DNA of 64,000 nt from Chiloscyllium plagiosum. Taxonomy: Eukaryota. The position numbers were made by a program, and so were the translations under genes. The notes below the pieces were generated by a model. It did no database searches. It saw nothing but the letters and a program-made list of their open reading frames with translations, and was not told where the DNA came from. This document shows, piece after piece, positions 1 to 14,609 of the stretch. The DNA lies in NCBI RefSeq assembly GCF_004010195.1, contig NC_057719.1, forward strand, positions 30,641,619 to 30,705,618, given 5' to 3'. The first letter of the stretch is position 1, and each line of letters opens with the position of its first letter.

Positions 1-290
1 AAGGTATGTGGAGATGAGTTCGGTGGGGCAGGAGCAGGCGGTGACAATGGGTCAGCGGGGGCAGTCAGGTTTGTGGATTTTGGGCAGGAGGTAGAAGCGG
101 GCGCTGCGGGGTTGTGGGACTATGAGGTTGGAGGCGGTGGATGGGAGATCTCCCGAGGTGATGAGGTTATGGACGGTCTGGGAGATGATGGTTTGGTGGT
201 GGGGGGTGGGGTCATGGTCAAGGGGGCAGTAGGAGGAGGTATCTGCGAGATGGCGTTTGGCCTCAGCGGTGTAGAGGTCGGTGCGCCAAA
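1..290 (-). mobile_element. Penelope-like element RT fragment
   Basis: Minus ORF ...LIVPQPRSARFYLLPKIHKPDCP..., the FYLLPKIHK motif preceding PLE RT. Confidence 0.75.
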
Positions 291-1499
291 CTCTGAAAAT
301 TACCCATTTGTCCTGACTGTTTCCCATAGATTAGCTAGTCCTGTGTCCATTCTGAGGAAGGGTCAACAAACCCGAAATGTTAACTCTGATTTTTCTCCAC
401 AGATACTTTCAGACCTGCTGAGCTATTCTAGCAATTTTTGCATCTGTCCATGCTGATCTTCCCAACACCAGATGTATACTGGATCCTGGACTTTATAAAT
501 AGAGACATTGAGTGCAAAGCAAGACAGTCACAGAAAGTCCGATTGATGAATCTATATAAAATACAATCTGCATCACTGGCTTATTGTGCCCGGTTCTTGG
601 CACCACACTTGAGGAAGGATGTGAAGAACTTAGAACAGAAAAGAATCACAATATAGTTTCAGGAACAAGGAATTTAATGTGTTTTATAGGACATGAAGGG
701 AGAAAAATTCAAATGCAGACTTGTGTCAAATCTGTAAGGACAGGCAGGCTATTGGACTGCTATGGTCCATGCTGCCTGCCACAGTGAATTCAGGGCGATC
801 TGCCTTGTACCACTGGAAGCAAATGATTTCTTGCCCATAAGTTTCCAGCCTCACACAGCTGCTGAGATGGAGAGGGTGAATTTCATACAGTGAGTTACAT
901 TGAGTTTACATAAATGAAGAAAAATTTGTTTGTTTTGGTGGCCTGGACAGATATCGTAGGAGCTTCCTGTCTAAGCTCCATGGATAGTCCATTGGAGGAG
1001 TTCTTTATATAAATCCCAACCAAAGCATGTGTCATTTACACTTCTGCATGACCATTAAAACGTACACACATTTGGACTTTGAGCCTTGCAAACATAAGGC
1101 TTCAGCATAAACCATAAAACTGGTTAGGCCATATTGTGACACCAAAAGTAATGAATTCTGCAGCTCTTTTGCAAGTTACCTGATAATGTGCCAGTACTAC
1201 TATTTTTGGCAGTCAGAAATTATCTCATGACATGAAAATTATGTGGTGGTCAACTTAATTCATAACCATAGAGCAGTGCAGACAGATGACCCTGACTCAA
1301 AAATCATTATGTAGTAGGTGTTGAAACTTTTGCTGTTCATGAAAATCACTCTTCTCATACACATCTTAGTTGCAGTCTTCAAATGATTTCTCCTGCAGTC
1401 ACATTTAAGTACATATTCTCTACATCCGGCTTAGTAACTCCCTGACACTATTTTACTCCAGCCCTTACTGTGCTTTCTTTTTATAAGAAAGAACAAAAA

Positions 1500-1832
1500 T
1501 ATCTTGCAATTTATATAGCACTTTTCACCTTGTTTCAAAAACTTTACAACCAGTGAACTACACTGTGTTGTCACTGTTGTAATTTAGATATGCAACAGCC
1601 AATTTCTGCACAGTATACTTCCACATTCAGCAATGCAATATTGACAAAATAATCTGGTTTTGTGGGACATTCATTAAGAAATGGATATTGACCAGGCCAA
1701 AGGATGTAACCCCCCAGCTTTTCCTTTAACTGATGCCTTTGTATTTGCCTAGATGAGGCTTCGGTTTCACTTCTCAATTGAAAGACAGCATGTCAGAGTA
1801 CATTATTCTTCAGCATTGTATTCGAAGGTCAG
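1500..1832 (-). mobile_element. DeuSINE-like (SacSINE1-type) SINE remnant
   Basis: Degenerate reverse complement of the Deu core (gaggcttcggtttcacttctcaattgaaagacagc); similar to 18920-19150. Confidence 0.45.
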
Positions 1833-2092
1833 GTTATGTATAGGATAGAAATGTAATAGTACAAATGTGCCTCCTGGCTTGCTGTAGTCTTGTGACCTCT
1901 ACTATGATGCACCAGCATCTACCTAATTGAATAACGATACTGTAAAAGCTGGTCTGTTTGTATTGTGCACATTTAACTGTCATGGTGATAATATTGGTCT
2001 CACAAACACTCCTCAGGAATTGATTATGGTTAAGTTTAATTGAAATAGTAAAATGTATCATCAGTAGTAAAATAGGCACTATAGCAGACCAG

Positions 2093-2268
2093 GCAGCATC
2101 CAAGGAGCAGGAGAATCGACATTTCGGGCATGAGCCCTTCTTCAGGAAGAAGGGCTCATGCCCGAAACGTCAATTCTCCTGCTCCTTGGATGCTGCTTGA
2201 CCTGCTGCGCTTTTCCAGCAACACATTTTCAGCTCTGATCTCCAGCATCTGCAGTCCTCACTTTCTCC
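2093..2268. mobile_element. Fold-back Penelope-type terminal-repeat insert (family A)
   Basis: Inverted arms centred ~2144; direct flanks cactatagcagaccag (2077-2092) / cattatagcagaccag (2269-2284). Confidence 0.75.
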
Positions 2269-2459
2269 CATTATAGCAGACCAGCTGGTTTTAATGTGTG
2301 CTGCTGCACAGAACTGGTAGGTGGAGTTGCAACCTTAGTTATGCACAACACTTGGGATCTTTAAAATTGACATTTCTTAAAGGCAAAAGATACCTCTATG
2401 ACATTCTGTCCTTTCCAAAGGAAATTTTAACTACAATAATTGAATCTATGTCATGTAGG

Positions 2460-3350
2460 TAGTTTGCTGATATGTACAGATTGGTTTTCTTTGAAGCCTG
2501 CATCTCTTCAACATGCCTTCTTCAATAATTGTTCAGTTTCTATGACCCACTTGAATTCTCACTACAGCATCATTGTTGGCATTTATTTCTGAAATTCATG
2601 TCTCACTAATGGTTTGCATCTCCTCATTATGAGCACTGTACATCTCCACCCATTTTTTGCATTTCCTCCACCCTTATTTTGTGTTCAAGCCAATGTTCTC
2701 TATCTGTTCATTCCGAACCCAAATTATCTTATATGTGAGATGCTCCAGGTCTTCCTGTGGAGTGGCTACCTTTTCATTAAATTGGCAATACATGGCTGTG
2801 TTCATCCCACTTCCTTTGTTGCTCTCATAACTCTTCATTCATCATTTTGGAATAGAGACATCCCTTAAAGACTTCTCTGAGATGGTATTCTCAGATGTGG
2901 ATTCATCCTGAGCTAGTTGTTCAGCCTTTTGCTCTTAAAGTTTCATTTTTCTCTTCACAGCTAAGAGTTTAACTCTGCTAATTCGGAAGAAAGAAGGGTG
3001 CTCTATTGTTCTTTTCACAGTCAATTAAACAAGTATTTCATAAATACTCTGCAGCAGGTTCTGTTCTATCTCAGAAGCCTGACTCATTCCTTTGATTGTG
3101 ATTACTGCAAGGTCATGGCACACTGATATACAGCACCTGCAATGACTGGTCCAGCTATGACTATAATACAGAACATTGTGACATCCAGGTAGATAGATTG
3201 GACTTGCACTTCAGTCCTGTTTTCCTACATATGGAATTGGTGAACAATATCATGCTGCACACATTTACATTATCGATTTCATCAAGGCTATTCATATCTC
3301 TAGGTACATGATTCTTAGAATTATCGGGATAATATTTTGGTACTTGCATC
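2460..3350 (-). mobile_element. Possible highly decayed LTR-retrotransposon RT remnant
   Basis: Weak RT-like peptides on minus strand (LDEIDNVNVCSMILF...CRKTGLKCK; EFKWVIE). Fragmentary. Confidence 0.3.
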
Positions 3351-4707
3351 TATGTTGATTTTAGCTGATAACAAATGACAGTTTTCTCAGAAAATGAAGT
3401 TTTGAAATTTTACAAACATTTTGAATAGGTTTGATGTTTTCCACAAGTTTGATGAAATGTATTTCACATTGTCAATATTTGTCACATTCTGGGTATTGTC
3501 AGCTGCTGGATTGTGAAACAGTTCATGTATGAGCCCGTAGCAGGATACCAGATGGTCTGTATTATAGAGTGGAGGTTCTCCTTGTGAGAATAATATGAGA
3601 AGTCCAGCAAGGCCTATTTCAATATTGAGAACAACTGGCTGCAACTTTTAGCTAAGTTCCAGGTGTTGGGGTAAGATTCTCACTAGGCAGTGGCAAGTTT
3701 CCTGTTCACAGGACTAATCTTTTTTCATATTTCTAAATGCAAATCTTTCCTCATTAAAATGCAGCTTTCTATTGTTCCATTCACATGAGCGAAATAGACA
3801 CCAAGAATTCTTGACATTGAAGTCACAGCTGGTACCTGGCACCTTCAGCCCACTGCTTGACCCAAAAGCCTCCATGTTTGCACCAACATTTCAGGGTACA
3901 GTCCATGGACACCAGCAACACACACATCCCATATCCACAGACATTGGCATCTGATATGTGCCAACCTCCAAGAATCCTCATAGCACATCTCCAAACTATG
4001 TACATTATGTCTCTGCATTTCAATGATGCACAATGGGCAACCTCTGATACCAGTCCAGGGACTTAGAAACATAAACTACTCAGGGCAATCAGAGTCAGGA
4101 TTCTGTCCGCATAAAAAATCAGCAGCTGAATGTTGGGCAACCCACCAATCATCATGACTCTTTCCTACTGTGGTCTTCGTACCTCCTGGAATGAGAGTGA
4201 TGCAGGTGTTAAGGGAGATGAAAGTGGGTGACACAGGTGATTCTTTTGTTGTGGATGGCCTGAGTGTGTGATTAAGGATCACAGAGGGCATGCAGGGTTA
4301 GTGATATCAAGGTTGAGGTTGGTGAGAGCAACTGAGTGAAGATGTTGTGAGCAATAATGAAAGTGCTAGAACAAGAGCCTTGGTGAAAAGTGGGTACAAT
4401 GGCTGAGATAGAGAGTGTGTGAGTTATTGGAGGAAGATGGTGGCATTTACACTTGTGGAGTAGAGAAGGTCATCGACAGTCTTCCTCCATTAGTGCGCAT
4501 TCCTCCAGATGGCTAATAATTAACTGATCTGGATGGCAACCACAGAATAGCCTAACATTTTTGAATCTTGTGGACATGCTCTTCCTTCAGGACCAGAAGA
4601 GGGGGTCACACATCACACGAGCCACCAGGATCTCTAGGTCTCTGCTTGAAAATTGAGGTGCAAATCTTTGCTTGGCTGCCATATTATCCGATTTCATCCA
4701 AACTCCA

Positions 4708-6240
4708 CCTACAAGTTCACTGACGAAACCAACATTGTAGGCTGGATATCAAACAATGATAAGACAAATGCATAAAAGAGATTCAATGCTTGGTGATGTG
4801 TTGTAAAGATAATAGTCTCTCCCTCAATGTCAGCAAAACTGAAGAGTTGATCATCAACTTCAGGAAGCAAGGTGGAAGGCACGCCCCTATCTACATCAAT
4901 GGAACCATGGTGGAGTTGGTTTGCAGAGCAGTGTGATGCCAATAGTGTGGGTTCAATTCCCATCACCAGTTTGAGGTTACCATGAAGGACTCTCCTTCTC
5001 AACCTCTTCCCTTGCCTGAGGTATGATGGCCCTCAAGTTAAATCACCACCAGTCGCTTCACTCTAATGAGAGAGCAGCCCCTATGGTCTGATAAGTCTAT
5101 GGCAACACAACATATAGACCAACATGTTTATTTGGAGGTACTAGCTTTCAGAGCGCTGCTCCTTCATCGGGTGGGGGGGAGGGGGGACGTGTAGGCTGAA
5201 TCAGAAGTCACAGAATTTATAGCAAAAGATCACAGTGTCATGCAATTAAAAATATATCGAACAAACCTAGATTGTTGTTAAGTCTTTCATCTTTTAGGGT
5301 GAATTGCAGGTTTTGGTTCATTAATATCTAAATCCCAGAACTTCTTTTAGGTCACATTCTCGAGATAACAAGGTTTTATTTGAAAAAAAGTGGCATCTCA
5401 GCTCAAACAATGTATTAAACGTGTGAGGTTAGAGTCTTGTCTGTATCCAATCACAAGTCAGACTGATTCTATTTCCAAAGTAAGAATTTATAAAATGTTA
5501 TATGGATTGACTGCCTGCAGGTTTTGTGCTTTTTAAGCAAACCTACTATCCATTGACTCCATTTATACTTCCCAATGCCTCAGAAAGGCAGCCAACATAA
5601 TCAAAGACCACTCTCACCCTGGTTATAATCTCTTTGAACCTTTTCCGCCAGGTAGAAGATACAAAAGCTTAAACACATGTACTAACAGGTTCAAGAACAG
5701 CTTTTTCCCCACTGTTATGGGCCTCTCAAATTTCAAATGAAATGTTGATCTCATTTTTTGTGCGCCTTCTTTGCAACTGTAACTTTGTATTCCTCACTCT
5801 TTTCAATCCCCCAATAATCTTTGTGTCTTTGCGTATTATGATCTGCCTGTACTAGATGCAAAACAAAACTTTTCACTGTACCTAGGTACATTAGATTAGA
5901 TTAGATTACTTACAGTGTGGAAACAGGCCCTTCGGCCCAACAAGTCCACACCGCCCCGCCGAAGCGCAACCCACCCATACCCCTACATTTACCCCTTACC
6001 TAACACTACGGGCAATTTAACATGGCCAATTCACCTGACCTGCACATCTTTGGACTGTGGGAGGAAACCGGAGCACCCGGAGGAAACCCACGCAGACACG
6101 GGGAGAACGTGCAAACTCCACACAGTCAGTCGCCTGAGGCGGGAATTGAACCCAGGTCTCTGGTGCTGTGAGGCAGCAGTGCTAACCACTGTGCCACCGT
6201 GCTGCCTACATGTAACAATAACGTATCAAATCAAATCAAA
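4708..6240 (+). mobile_element. Rex1/Babar-like LINE 3' fragment, interrupted by a tRNA-type SINE (~4905-5110), a Penelope family-B piece (~5120-5540) and an HE1 SINE
   Basis: YKFTDETNIVGWISNND (KFADDT motif) at 4709; LRKAANIIKDHSHPGYNLFEP..GRRYKSL..NRFKNSFFP at ~5580-5710; (TCAAA)n tail at ~6226-6240. Confidence 0.65.
5892..6206 (-). mobile_element. HE1-type V-SINE, young full-length copy
   Basis: tRNA-like head with A/B boxes, V-domain, (TCTAA)n tail; TSD TACAT at 5887-5891 and 6207-6211. Confidence 0.85.
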
Positions 6241-6984
6241 TGTCTAGGACCAATGTCAGGAACCGTGTAGGTTCCAAGTTTGGGCTAACATTGCAATTTC
6301 AAGTGCACAACAGCTATCTAGAGATACCACTGGTGCCAGGACGCTGGCCATTCTAGGATTTCACTATAGTGGAGAGTTGTTCCCGGTGCACAAGTGGTAG
6401 AATGGAGCTCAAATTAGATTTGGGGGTGCCAATACGGCAGGGTAAGTAATTAATTAAGAGAATTTGAAAAATTGTTGAGGGGTCTGTCTAGGCCCCAGCG
6501 AGAGAAACCCTCCACAAAACTGAGACTTAATGAAAAAAAATACATGATACAGCCCATGGAACCAGAAGTGAAGCTGAGATTACAAGAAACAAGAATATGG
6601 CTACTCAGTCTTTGAACTGTTCTGCCTTTCAATAATATCATGGCTAATCTGATTTTAATTTAACTCTACATTCCTGCATGTCCCAAGTAATCTTTCATCC
6701 ATTTGGCCATCAAGAATCTATCTACTTATGCTTTGAAAATATATAAAGACTGATTGTTGAAGAACTGCAGAAGGAATGCTTAGACTTCTGAAAGTCACTA
6801 TAAAAGAACAAAAAAGCAAGCCACAGCTGAAGCATTGGGTACGATACAATGACTGGAGCATTTCTTCTCTTAGCAACTGCCAAAATAAAAACTGTTATGG
6901 AACAGAACTAACACTTTTTCTCCATGCACAATGACAAAAATACAAAATTGTGATGAATTTTATTAACAGACCAGGGCAGCCAAG

Positions 6985-9105
6985 TCATAGAGATGTATAG
7001 CACGGAAACAGACCTTTCGGTCCAACTCATCCACGCCAACCAGCTACCTGAACCTAATCTAGACTCATTTTCCAGCACTTGGCCCATATCCATTTAAGCC
7101 CTTCAAGTACCCATCCAGATGCCTTTTAAATGTTGCAATTGTACTGGTCTCCACCACTTCCTCTGGCAGCTTATTCCATACACGCACCACCCTCTCTGTG
7201 AAAAAGTTGCCTTTTATATCTTTCTCCTCTCACCCTAAACCTATGCCCTCTACTTCTGGACTCCCCCACCCCAGAGAAAAGACTTTGTCTATTTATCCTA
7301 TCCATGCCCCCCTCATGATTTTGTAAACCTCTATAAAGTCACCCCTCAGCTTCCAATGCTCCAGGGAAAACAGCCCCAGTCTGTTAAGCCTCTCCCTATA
7401 ACTCAAATCCTCCAACCCTGGCAACATCCTTGTAAATCTTTTATGAACCTTTTCAAGTTTCACAACATCCTTCCGATAGGAAGGAGACCAGAATTGCATG
7501 CAATATTCTAAAAATGTCCTGTACAGCCGCAACATGACCTACCAACTGCTATACTCAATGATCTGACCAGTAAAGGAAAGCATACCAAATGCCTTTTTCT
7601 GTGACTCTACTTTCAAGGAGCTATGAACCAGCATTCCAAGGTCTCTTTGTTCAGCAACACTCCCTAGGACCTTACTATTAAGTGTATAAGTCCTGCTAAG
7701 ATTTGCTTTCCCAAAATGCAGATGGAGTTTAATTTATCTAAATTAAACTCCATCTGCCACTCCTCAGCCCCTTGGCCCATCTGATCAAGATCCTGTTGTA
7801 ATCGGAGATAACCTTCTTCGCTGTCCACTACACCTCCAATTTTGGTGTCATCTGCAAACTTACTAACTATTCCTCCAATGTTCATATCTAAATCAATTAT
7901 ATAAGTGACGAAAAATAGTGGACCCAGCACTGATCCTTGTGGCACTCCACTGGTCACAGGCCTCCAGTCTGAAAAACAACCCTCCACCACCACCCTCTGT
8001 CTTCACCTTTGAGCCAGTTCTGTATTCAAATGGCTAGTTCTCTCTGTTTTCCATGAGATTTAACCTTGCTAACCAGTGTCCCATGGGGAACCTTGTCGAA
8101 TGCCTTACTGAAGTCCATATAGATCATGTCCGACGCTCTGTCCACATTAATCCTGTTTGTTATTTTTTCAAAAAACTCAATCAAGTTTGTCAGACATGAT
8201 TTCCCATGCACAAAGCCATGTTGACTATCCCTAATCAAAACACTTACTATTCCAAACACATGTCAGTCCTGTCCCTCAGGATTCTGTCCAATAACCTGCC
8301 CAACACCGATGTCAGCTCACCGGCCTATAGTTCCCTGGCTTGTCCTTGCCACCTTTCTTAAATAATGGTACCATGTTAGCCAACCTCCAGTCTTCCGGCA
8401 CCTCACCTGTGACTATCGATGATACAAATATCTCCGCCAGGGGCCCAGCAATTATTTTCCTAGTTTCCCACAGAGTTCTAGGATAGACCTGATCAGGTCC
8501 TGGGGATTTATCCACCTTTATGCATTTCAAAACATCCAGCACTTCCTCCTCTGTAATATGGACATTTTTGAAGATGTCACCATCTATTTCACCACATTCT
8601 GTACCTTCCATGTCCTTCTCCACAGTAAACACTGATACAAAATACTCATTTAGTATCTCCCCCATCTCCTGCGGCTCCACACAAAGGCTGCCTTGCTGAT
8701 CTTTGAGGGGCCCTATTCTCTCCCTTGTTACCCTTTTGTCCTTAATGTATTTGTAACTCCCTTTGGATTCTTCTTAACCTTATTTGCCAAAGCTATTTCA
8801 TGTCCTCTTTTTGCCCTCCTGATTTCCCTCAAGTATACTCCTACTGCATTTATACTCTTCTGAGGATTCACTCAATCTATCCTGTCTATACCTGACATAT
8901 GCTTCCTTCTTTTTCTTAACCAAACCCTCAAATTCTTTAGTCATCCAGCATTCACTACACTAGGAGCCTTTCCTTTCACCCTAACAGAAATATAATGTCT
9001 CCGGACCCTTGTTATCTCATTTCTGAAGGCTTCCCAATTTCCAGCTGCGAACCCAATCTATTCTTGAACATTCTTGCGTAATACTGTCAAAATGATTAGC
9101 TATAC
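6985..9105 (-). mobile_element. CR1-clade (HER1-like) LINE ORF2 fragment with 3' end
   Basis: Disrupted ORFs: KSPGPDQVYPRTLWE, PLFKKGGKDKPGNYRPVS, QHGFVHGKSCLTNL, MDFSKAFDKVPH, SGVPQGSVLGP, SKFADDTKIG, YRERLNRLGLFSLE. Confidence 0.9.
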
Positions 9106-9109
9106 TTTT

Positions 9110-11850
9110 ATAATTATTTTAGAGAGTTTATTCCACCTTAAATTGCTCCAAATAGCAGGAAAAAAAGAAGTGGACTTGAGAACGTTTAAAGGTCTTGAAG
9201 GCATATTTTAAGCGTGTTCAATATTAGGGTGCAACATGAAATAGAGACAATTGGTAAGTATGTGACTGCATTAAAACAGCTCACTGAATTCTGTGAATTT
9301 ATGAAATTAAAGGATGATCTAATTAAGGATAGGATTGAATGATGTGTAAGAGCTCTGACAAAGACAGCAGACGTCCTGAGAGAGGAGAAGCTTATTCTCG
9401 GGAAATCAGTGGATATTTTGAAAAAGTGCTGAGGTTGTAAACCAGCAAGTAGAGCATATTCATGACAGAACAGAACAAGACTTGCAATACGCAGACAGAA
9501 ATTACATGCCAAGGGGCTAAATAATCATGGACAAAGGGCAAACTGCAAATTATTGTAGAAAACATCAAACAAGGGAAATGAAGGCATGCCCTGTTTACAA
9601 GAAGCTAAATCATTTTTCACATGACTGTATGGCTAGAAGAAAGCACAATAAACAAGTACAGAAAGCATCTCGAGCAATAGGAGCTGAATATTCTGACAAA
9701 TCACTCGACACCATAAAATAGGTTGGTTCTGTCAGGTGCTAAATGATTTGTGACTTTGAAATGATGACTGCCGTGTCATGTTAACATAAAGTGTCAGATA
9801 GACACTGGTGCATCATTTTTCCTTTATTCACTTGTAAGATATGATGTATCTGGCTGACCAACATTTATTGCCCACCCTAGTTACCTTTGAGAAAGTGGTG
9901 GTGAGCTGCATTCTTGAACTATTACAGACAATTGCTGTAGGTAGGCCCACAATGCTGTTAGAGAGGGAATTCCAGGATTTTGATCCAGCGACAGTGAAGG
10001 AACAGCAAGATACCATATCACAATGGTAAGTGATTTGGAGGAGATATGGCAGGTGCTGCTGCCTTTGCCTTTCTTGATTGAAGTGGTCATAGTTATGGAA
10101 GGTGCTGTCTAAGGATCTTTAGTGAATCTCTGCAATATATCTGCAGAAGGCAGTACGCACTGCTACTACTGAGTATTGATGTTGGATGGAGTGGATGTTT
10201 GTGTAGATCATACAACATTTGCAAAATGTATCAATGTGATAATCCCAAAAGTATGTTTGAAACTATATGATGGCACCATACTCTTTCCAAAAGCGGAAAG
10301 TATTCTAAAAGCCAAACGCAGTAACAAGATCTGGATTTCCAGATCATAGACCAAGATCGATCTTGCTCAAGATATATCAGACAAAAACCACTCACCTCAT
10401 CTGGAACAAGTCTAGAAACATTGAAAATGAGAAAAGGAATAGGCCACTCAAATCTTTGAGCCTGCCCTAAGACTCAATATGATCAAGACTGATCATTCAA
10501 CTGAGTACCCCATTCCTGCTATACCCTTTGAAGAACTATATCTAACTCCTTCTCAAGAATTCCATAGGCTCACATCTCTCTGAGTGAAGTGATTTATTCT
10601 TATCTCAGTCTAAATAGCCCACTCATATCATTAAAATGTGACCTCTGGTTCTGGACTGTCAGACATTGATAACATCCTTCCTGTGTTTATCCTGTCTGGT
10701 CCTGTCAGAATTTTTCTTTGTGATCCCCCTCATTCTTCTAAACTCCAGTAAATAGAGTTTTAACCAATTCAGTATCTTCATACATCAGTCCTGCCATCCC
10801 AGGAATCTTTCTAGTAAACCTTCATTGCTCTCCCTCCATAACCAGAAAAGCCTTCCTCAGATAAGGAGACTGAAGCGGCTCGCAACTGTGTATTGTGATG
10901 ACAGTAAGACAGCACTTGGATCAGCCCTAGTCATCAAGGTCAAGTGGTTGTATTTGCAACCAAGGCATGAACACAAATGGAATGATGTGAAGCTCCAATC
11001 AAGAAAGAATGCTGCTTGGTCATTATCTATGTTCGTGAACATTTTCATCGACACCTATTTGAAAGAAACAAAGTCATAGTCTAGATAAGAGACAAGTCAC
11101 TTTTAGCTGTTACTATTCACTTCAAAGCATTTGTAAAGACATTACACCAGTTATGGAGTTGCCATCTGGACTTGATACATAAGCAAGAGTAGTATATCAC
11201 TGATGTGGCTGTTGAGACCAGAATTCCCTTTGGGAAAGTTAGAAGATACAATAGAATGTGAAATCCCCCATATCCAATGTGAAACAGCAGCTCACTATGC
11301 TGTGGAAGTCATAAACCCAGCAGAGTATTGAATATTACAGACAAACCCTTGTCAAACCAAGCAGACTACTCTAAAAATGCAGCTCTCCAAGCAGTGCACG
11401 GCGATATGATAAAAGAGCATCATGTACATACAGAAATGAATTGACAGACTAAGATGGCATATTGTACAAGGAAATAGAATAATTATCTCTAAGGAGTTGA
11501 GAGGAAAGATGGTGAAGTATACCAATACAAGCCACCAAGGAATTGCATCAAGTCTGAGGAAGGCAACCAAAGTGCTCCACTGGCCAAACAAGAGCAATAA
11601 AATCAAGGAAAATGTCAGCCAGTACAGTTTGTGTAACAAGTACCAGGAGAAATAAGCTGTTGAGCCACTGATAGCACACAAAATCCCAAACAGAACATAG
11701 GTGAGGTTCCAAGTAGACTTCTTATTTCTCAAAGGAACTGATCATAAATGGCACAGTTGACGACTATTCTTAGTACAGTATTGGAATGTAGACCAGCTGA
11801 CTTCCACAATAATCAGTGAAATTATGGAATGCCTGGAAGCATATTTTGGT
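9110..11850 (+). mobile_element. Decayed Gypsy-type LTR retrotransposon internal region (gag, RNase H, integrase), interrupted by LINE pieces
   Basis: Degenerate gag knuckle ACPVYKKLNHFSHDC (~9585-9630); RNase H-like VYCDDSKTALGSAL (~10890); integrase Zn-binding SHQGIASSLRKATKVLHWPNKSNKIKENVSQYSLCNKYQ (~11530-11646). Confidence 0.65.
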
Positions 11851-11921
11851 CATTGCAAATATATGAACAATGAGAAGGAGTATGCCATTTGGCCCCGCAA
11901 GCCTGCTCCAATATTCAATAA

Positions 11922-12258
11922 GGGGTAACTCAGTGGTTAGCATTGCTGCCTCACACCACCAGGGAGCCAGGTTTGATTCCACCCTCGGGTGACTGACTGC
12001 ATGGTTTGCACATTCTCCCCATGTCTGTGTGGGTTTCTTCCGGGTGTTCTGGTTTCCTCCCACAGTCCAAAGATGTGCTGGTTAAGTGAATTGGCCATGC
12101 TAAATTGTCCAGGGATGTGTTAGTTAGGTGGATTAGCTGTGGGAAATGCATGGTTACAGCATAGGGTATGGTATGAGTCTGAGTGGGATGCTCTTCGGAG
12201 AGTTGGTGTGGACTGGTTGGACCAAATGGCCTGTTTCCACACTGTAGGGATTCTATGA
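11922..12258 (+). mobile_element. HE1-type V-SINE
   Basis: cagtggttagcattgctgcctcac head, V-domain, cctgtttccacactgtagggattctatga tail. Confidence 0.85.
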
Positions 12259-12261
12259 GTA

Positions 12262-13740
12262 TCATGGCTCATCTTATTGTATCACAAATTCATGTCCCAC
12301 CTACCCCTGTGGTCTTTCACTCATTTGCTTTACAAGAATCTGTTTACCTCTGCCTTAAAATATTCAAAGAGTTTGTTTCCATCAGCTGTTCAGAAAGTGT
12401 TTCATGGGGTCACTTTACTTTGAGGGAAATAAAATTGCCTCATCTCTGATTTAAATGTATGAAGTCTGATTTTTAAACCTCCAGTGAATACAAGCCTAGC
12501 CCGTCTAACTTTGCTTCATAAGACAACCTGCTCATTCCATGTATTAGTCTGGTAAACCCTCTCTGAACTGTGTCCAACACATTTAAATCCTTCCTTCTAA
12601 AAGGTACCCAATACTATACATGCCCTCCAGATGTGGTCTCACTAGTGACCTGTAAAACTGAAGCATAATCCCATTACCTCTGAATGCAATTCCCCTTGCA
12701 ATAAATGATAACATTGCAATAGCTTTCCTAAACATTTGCTGTATTTTCATGCAAACCTTTCATGATTTATGCTCTAGGACACCAGATCCCTCTGCATCCC
12801 AGGCCCTGCGATCTCTCACCATTTAGATAAATGCTTCTTTTTTATTCTTTCTGCCAATTTCGCATTTTCCCACACATTATACACCATTTACCAGATCTTT
12901 ACCAATTCACATAACCTATCAATATCTTTCTGTAACCTATATATATATATATATATCCTCTTCACAACTTACTTCCTTACCTATTTCTGTGTTATCACCA
13001 GATTTGACAACTTTAGGTTCTGTCCTTTCATCAATCATTTATAGAAACTTACAAAACAGTTGAGGTCCCAGCACTGATCCATGTGGCACATCATACATTA
13101 CATCTTGCCAATGTTTATGTTTACCTTCTATTTCCTGCTAGCCAGTCAATCACCCATTCATACCAGGACACTAACCCTTTCACTGTAAGTTTTATTTTCT
13201 GCAATCAAAGGTTGCTTGATTTGACACTTTATCAAATTCCTCTGAAAATGAAAATAAAGTCAATCAACCAGCTCCTCTTAATTCAGAGAGCATATTTCTC
13301 CCTCAAGGAACTTCAATTGATGGGTTAAACATGACTTTTCTTTCACAAAGCTATATTCATTCTTCCTAATTGCCTTAAATCTAAATGCCTTCCTATAAAT
13401 CCTTTAACATTAGCTTCTAAATTTTTCCCTACGACAGATGTTCTGTCTCCTGCCAGTTTGATTTATAAGACATTTATTCGCCATCTTCCAACCTGATGGC
13501 ACTTTCTCCAAATCAAGAGAGTTTTGGAAAATTAAAATCAATTTAAAAATTACAATGGTGCATCAACTATCTCTTGATTGACTAGGGATGTAGTCAATCA
13601 AGATCAAAACACATCACAACCCAGGGCTTAGACAATTTACTCAGTACCTCTTCTCCTGTGATTGTTATTTTCCTAAGTTCCTCCCTTACTTTCAATTCCT
13701 GATTTATAGCTACTTCTAGTATATTACTTGTACCATTGCA
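12262..13740 (-). mobile_element. Old CR1-clade LINE fragment
   Basis: Minus-strand RT motif remnants (e.g. ggtcccagcactgatccatgtggcac = rc of VPxGSVLGP at ~13064-13089); many stops. Confidence 0.6.
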
Positions 13741-13881
13741 GTAGATTTATTTAACAAAATAATCCCAGGAACCTCAAAGTACAGGTCATTGCTTAATGAG
13801 AAAACATTTGGGAGAGATTACCTGAGAAATTAGTTTTGAGGTAGCACTCTAACAAGAATCTATCAGATATTTATATATTGT

Positions 13882-14222
13882 ATGGTGCTCAGTTGTTAGT
13901 ACTGCTGCCTCACAGTACCCGGGACCCAAGTTCTATTCCACCCTTGGGCAACCGTCTGTGGAGTTTGCACATTTTCCCTGTGTCAGCATGGGTTCCCTCT
14001 GGGTGCTCTGATTTCCTCCCACAGTCCAAAGATGTGCAGGTTGGATGGATTGGCCACGCTAAATTGCCTATAGTGTCCTTGGATGTGCAGGCTAGGTAGA
14101 TTAGCCATGGGGAATGCAGGGTTATAGGAATAGTGTATGAGTCTGGGTGGGATGTTCTTTGGAGGGTCAGTGTAGACTCAGTGGGCTGAATGCCTTGCTT
14201 CCACACTGTAGGGAATCTATGA
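13882..14222 (+). mobile_element. HE1-type V-SINE
   Basis: Same head/V-domain/tail as the other copies, more diverged. Confidence 0.8.
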
Positions 14223-14609
14223 GGTAAGTCATGTAGACAGTATGTTACTCAAATTTCTAATAGCTTAATGCATAGTGGTCTACCTCACTATGTTATAAAA
14301 CAGGTAAACAGAACACTGTTTTGAAATAAATGACTATGAATACAGAAATACTTACAAATTAATTATTTGTTTCAGATATTTATAAACCACATAAACCTCT
14401 AAACCAAACTTAAAATAAATGATATTTAAAAAAATGTAAGTTACAGTTTATGTTGCGGACAAAAAACACTAATGTCATTTTGCACCCAAATGGCTCTTCC
14501 AATAACAAAGGTAGTGAAACCAATGGCTGAATTAGTAATAAGCATGAGTGACAAAATCAAGGTATAATGGCAGACAGACAAATATTTTAACAAGTCTGCC
14601 AAATTACTG

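Noticed and set aside
5915..6247. Recurrent ORFs with LDCGRKPEHPEETHADTGR (also 11770, 13910, 17063, 44273, 59016, 59462)
   Set aside because: Antisense translations of the non-coding HE1 SINE, not a gene family.
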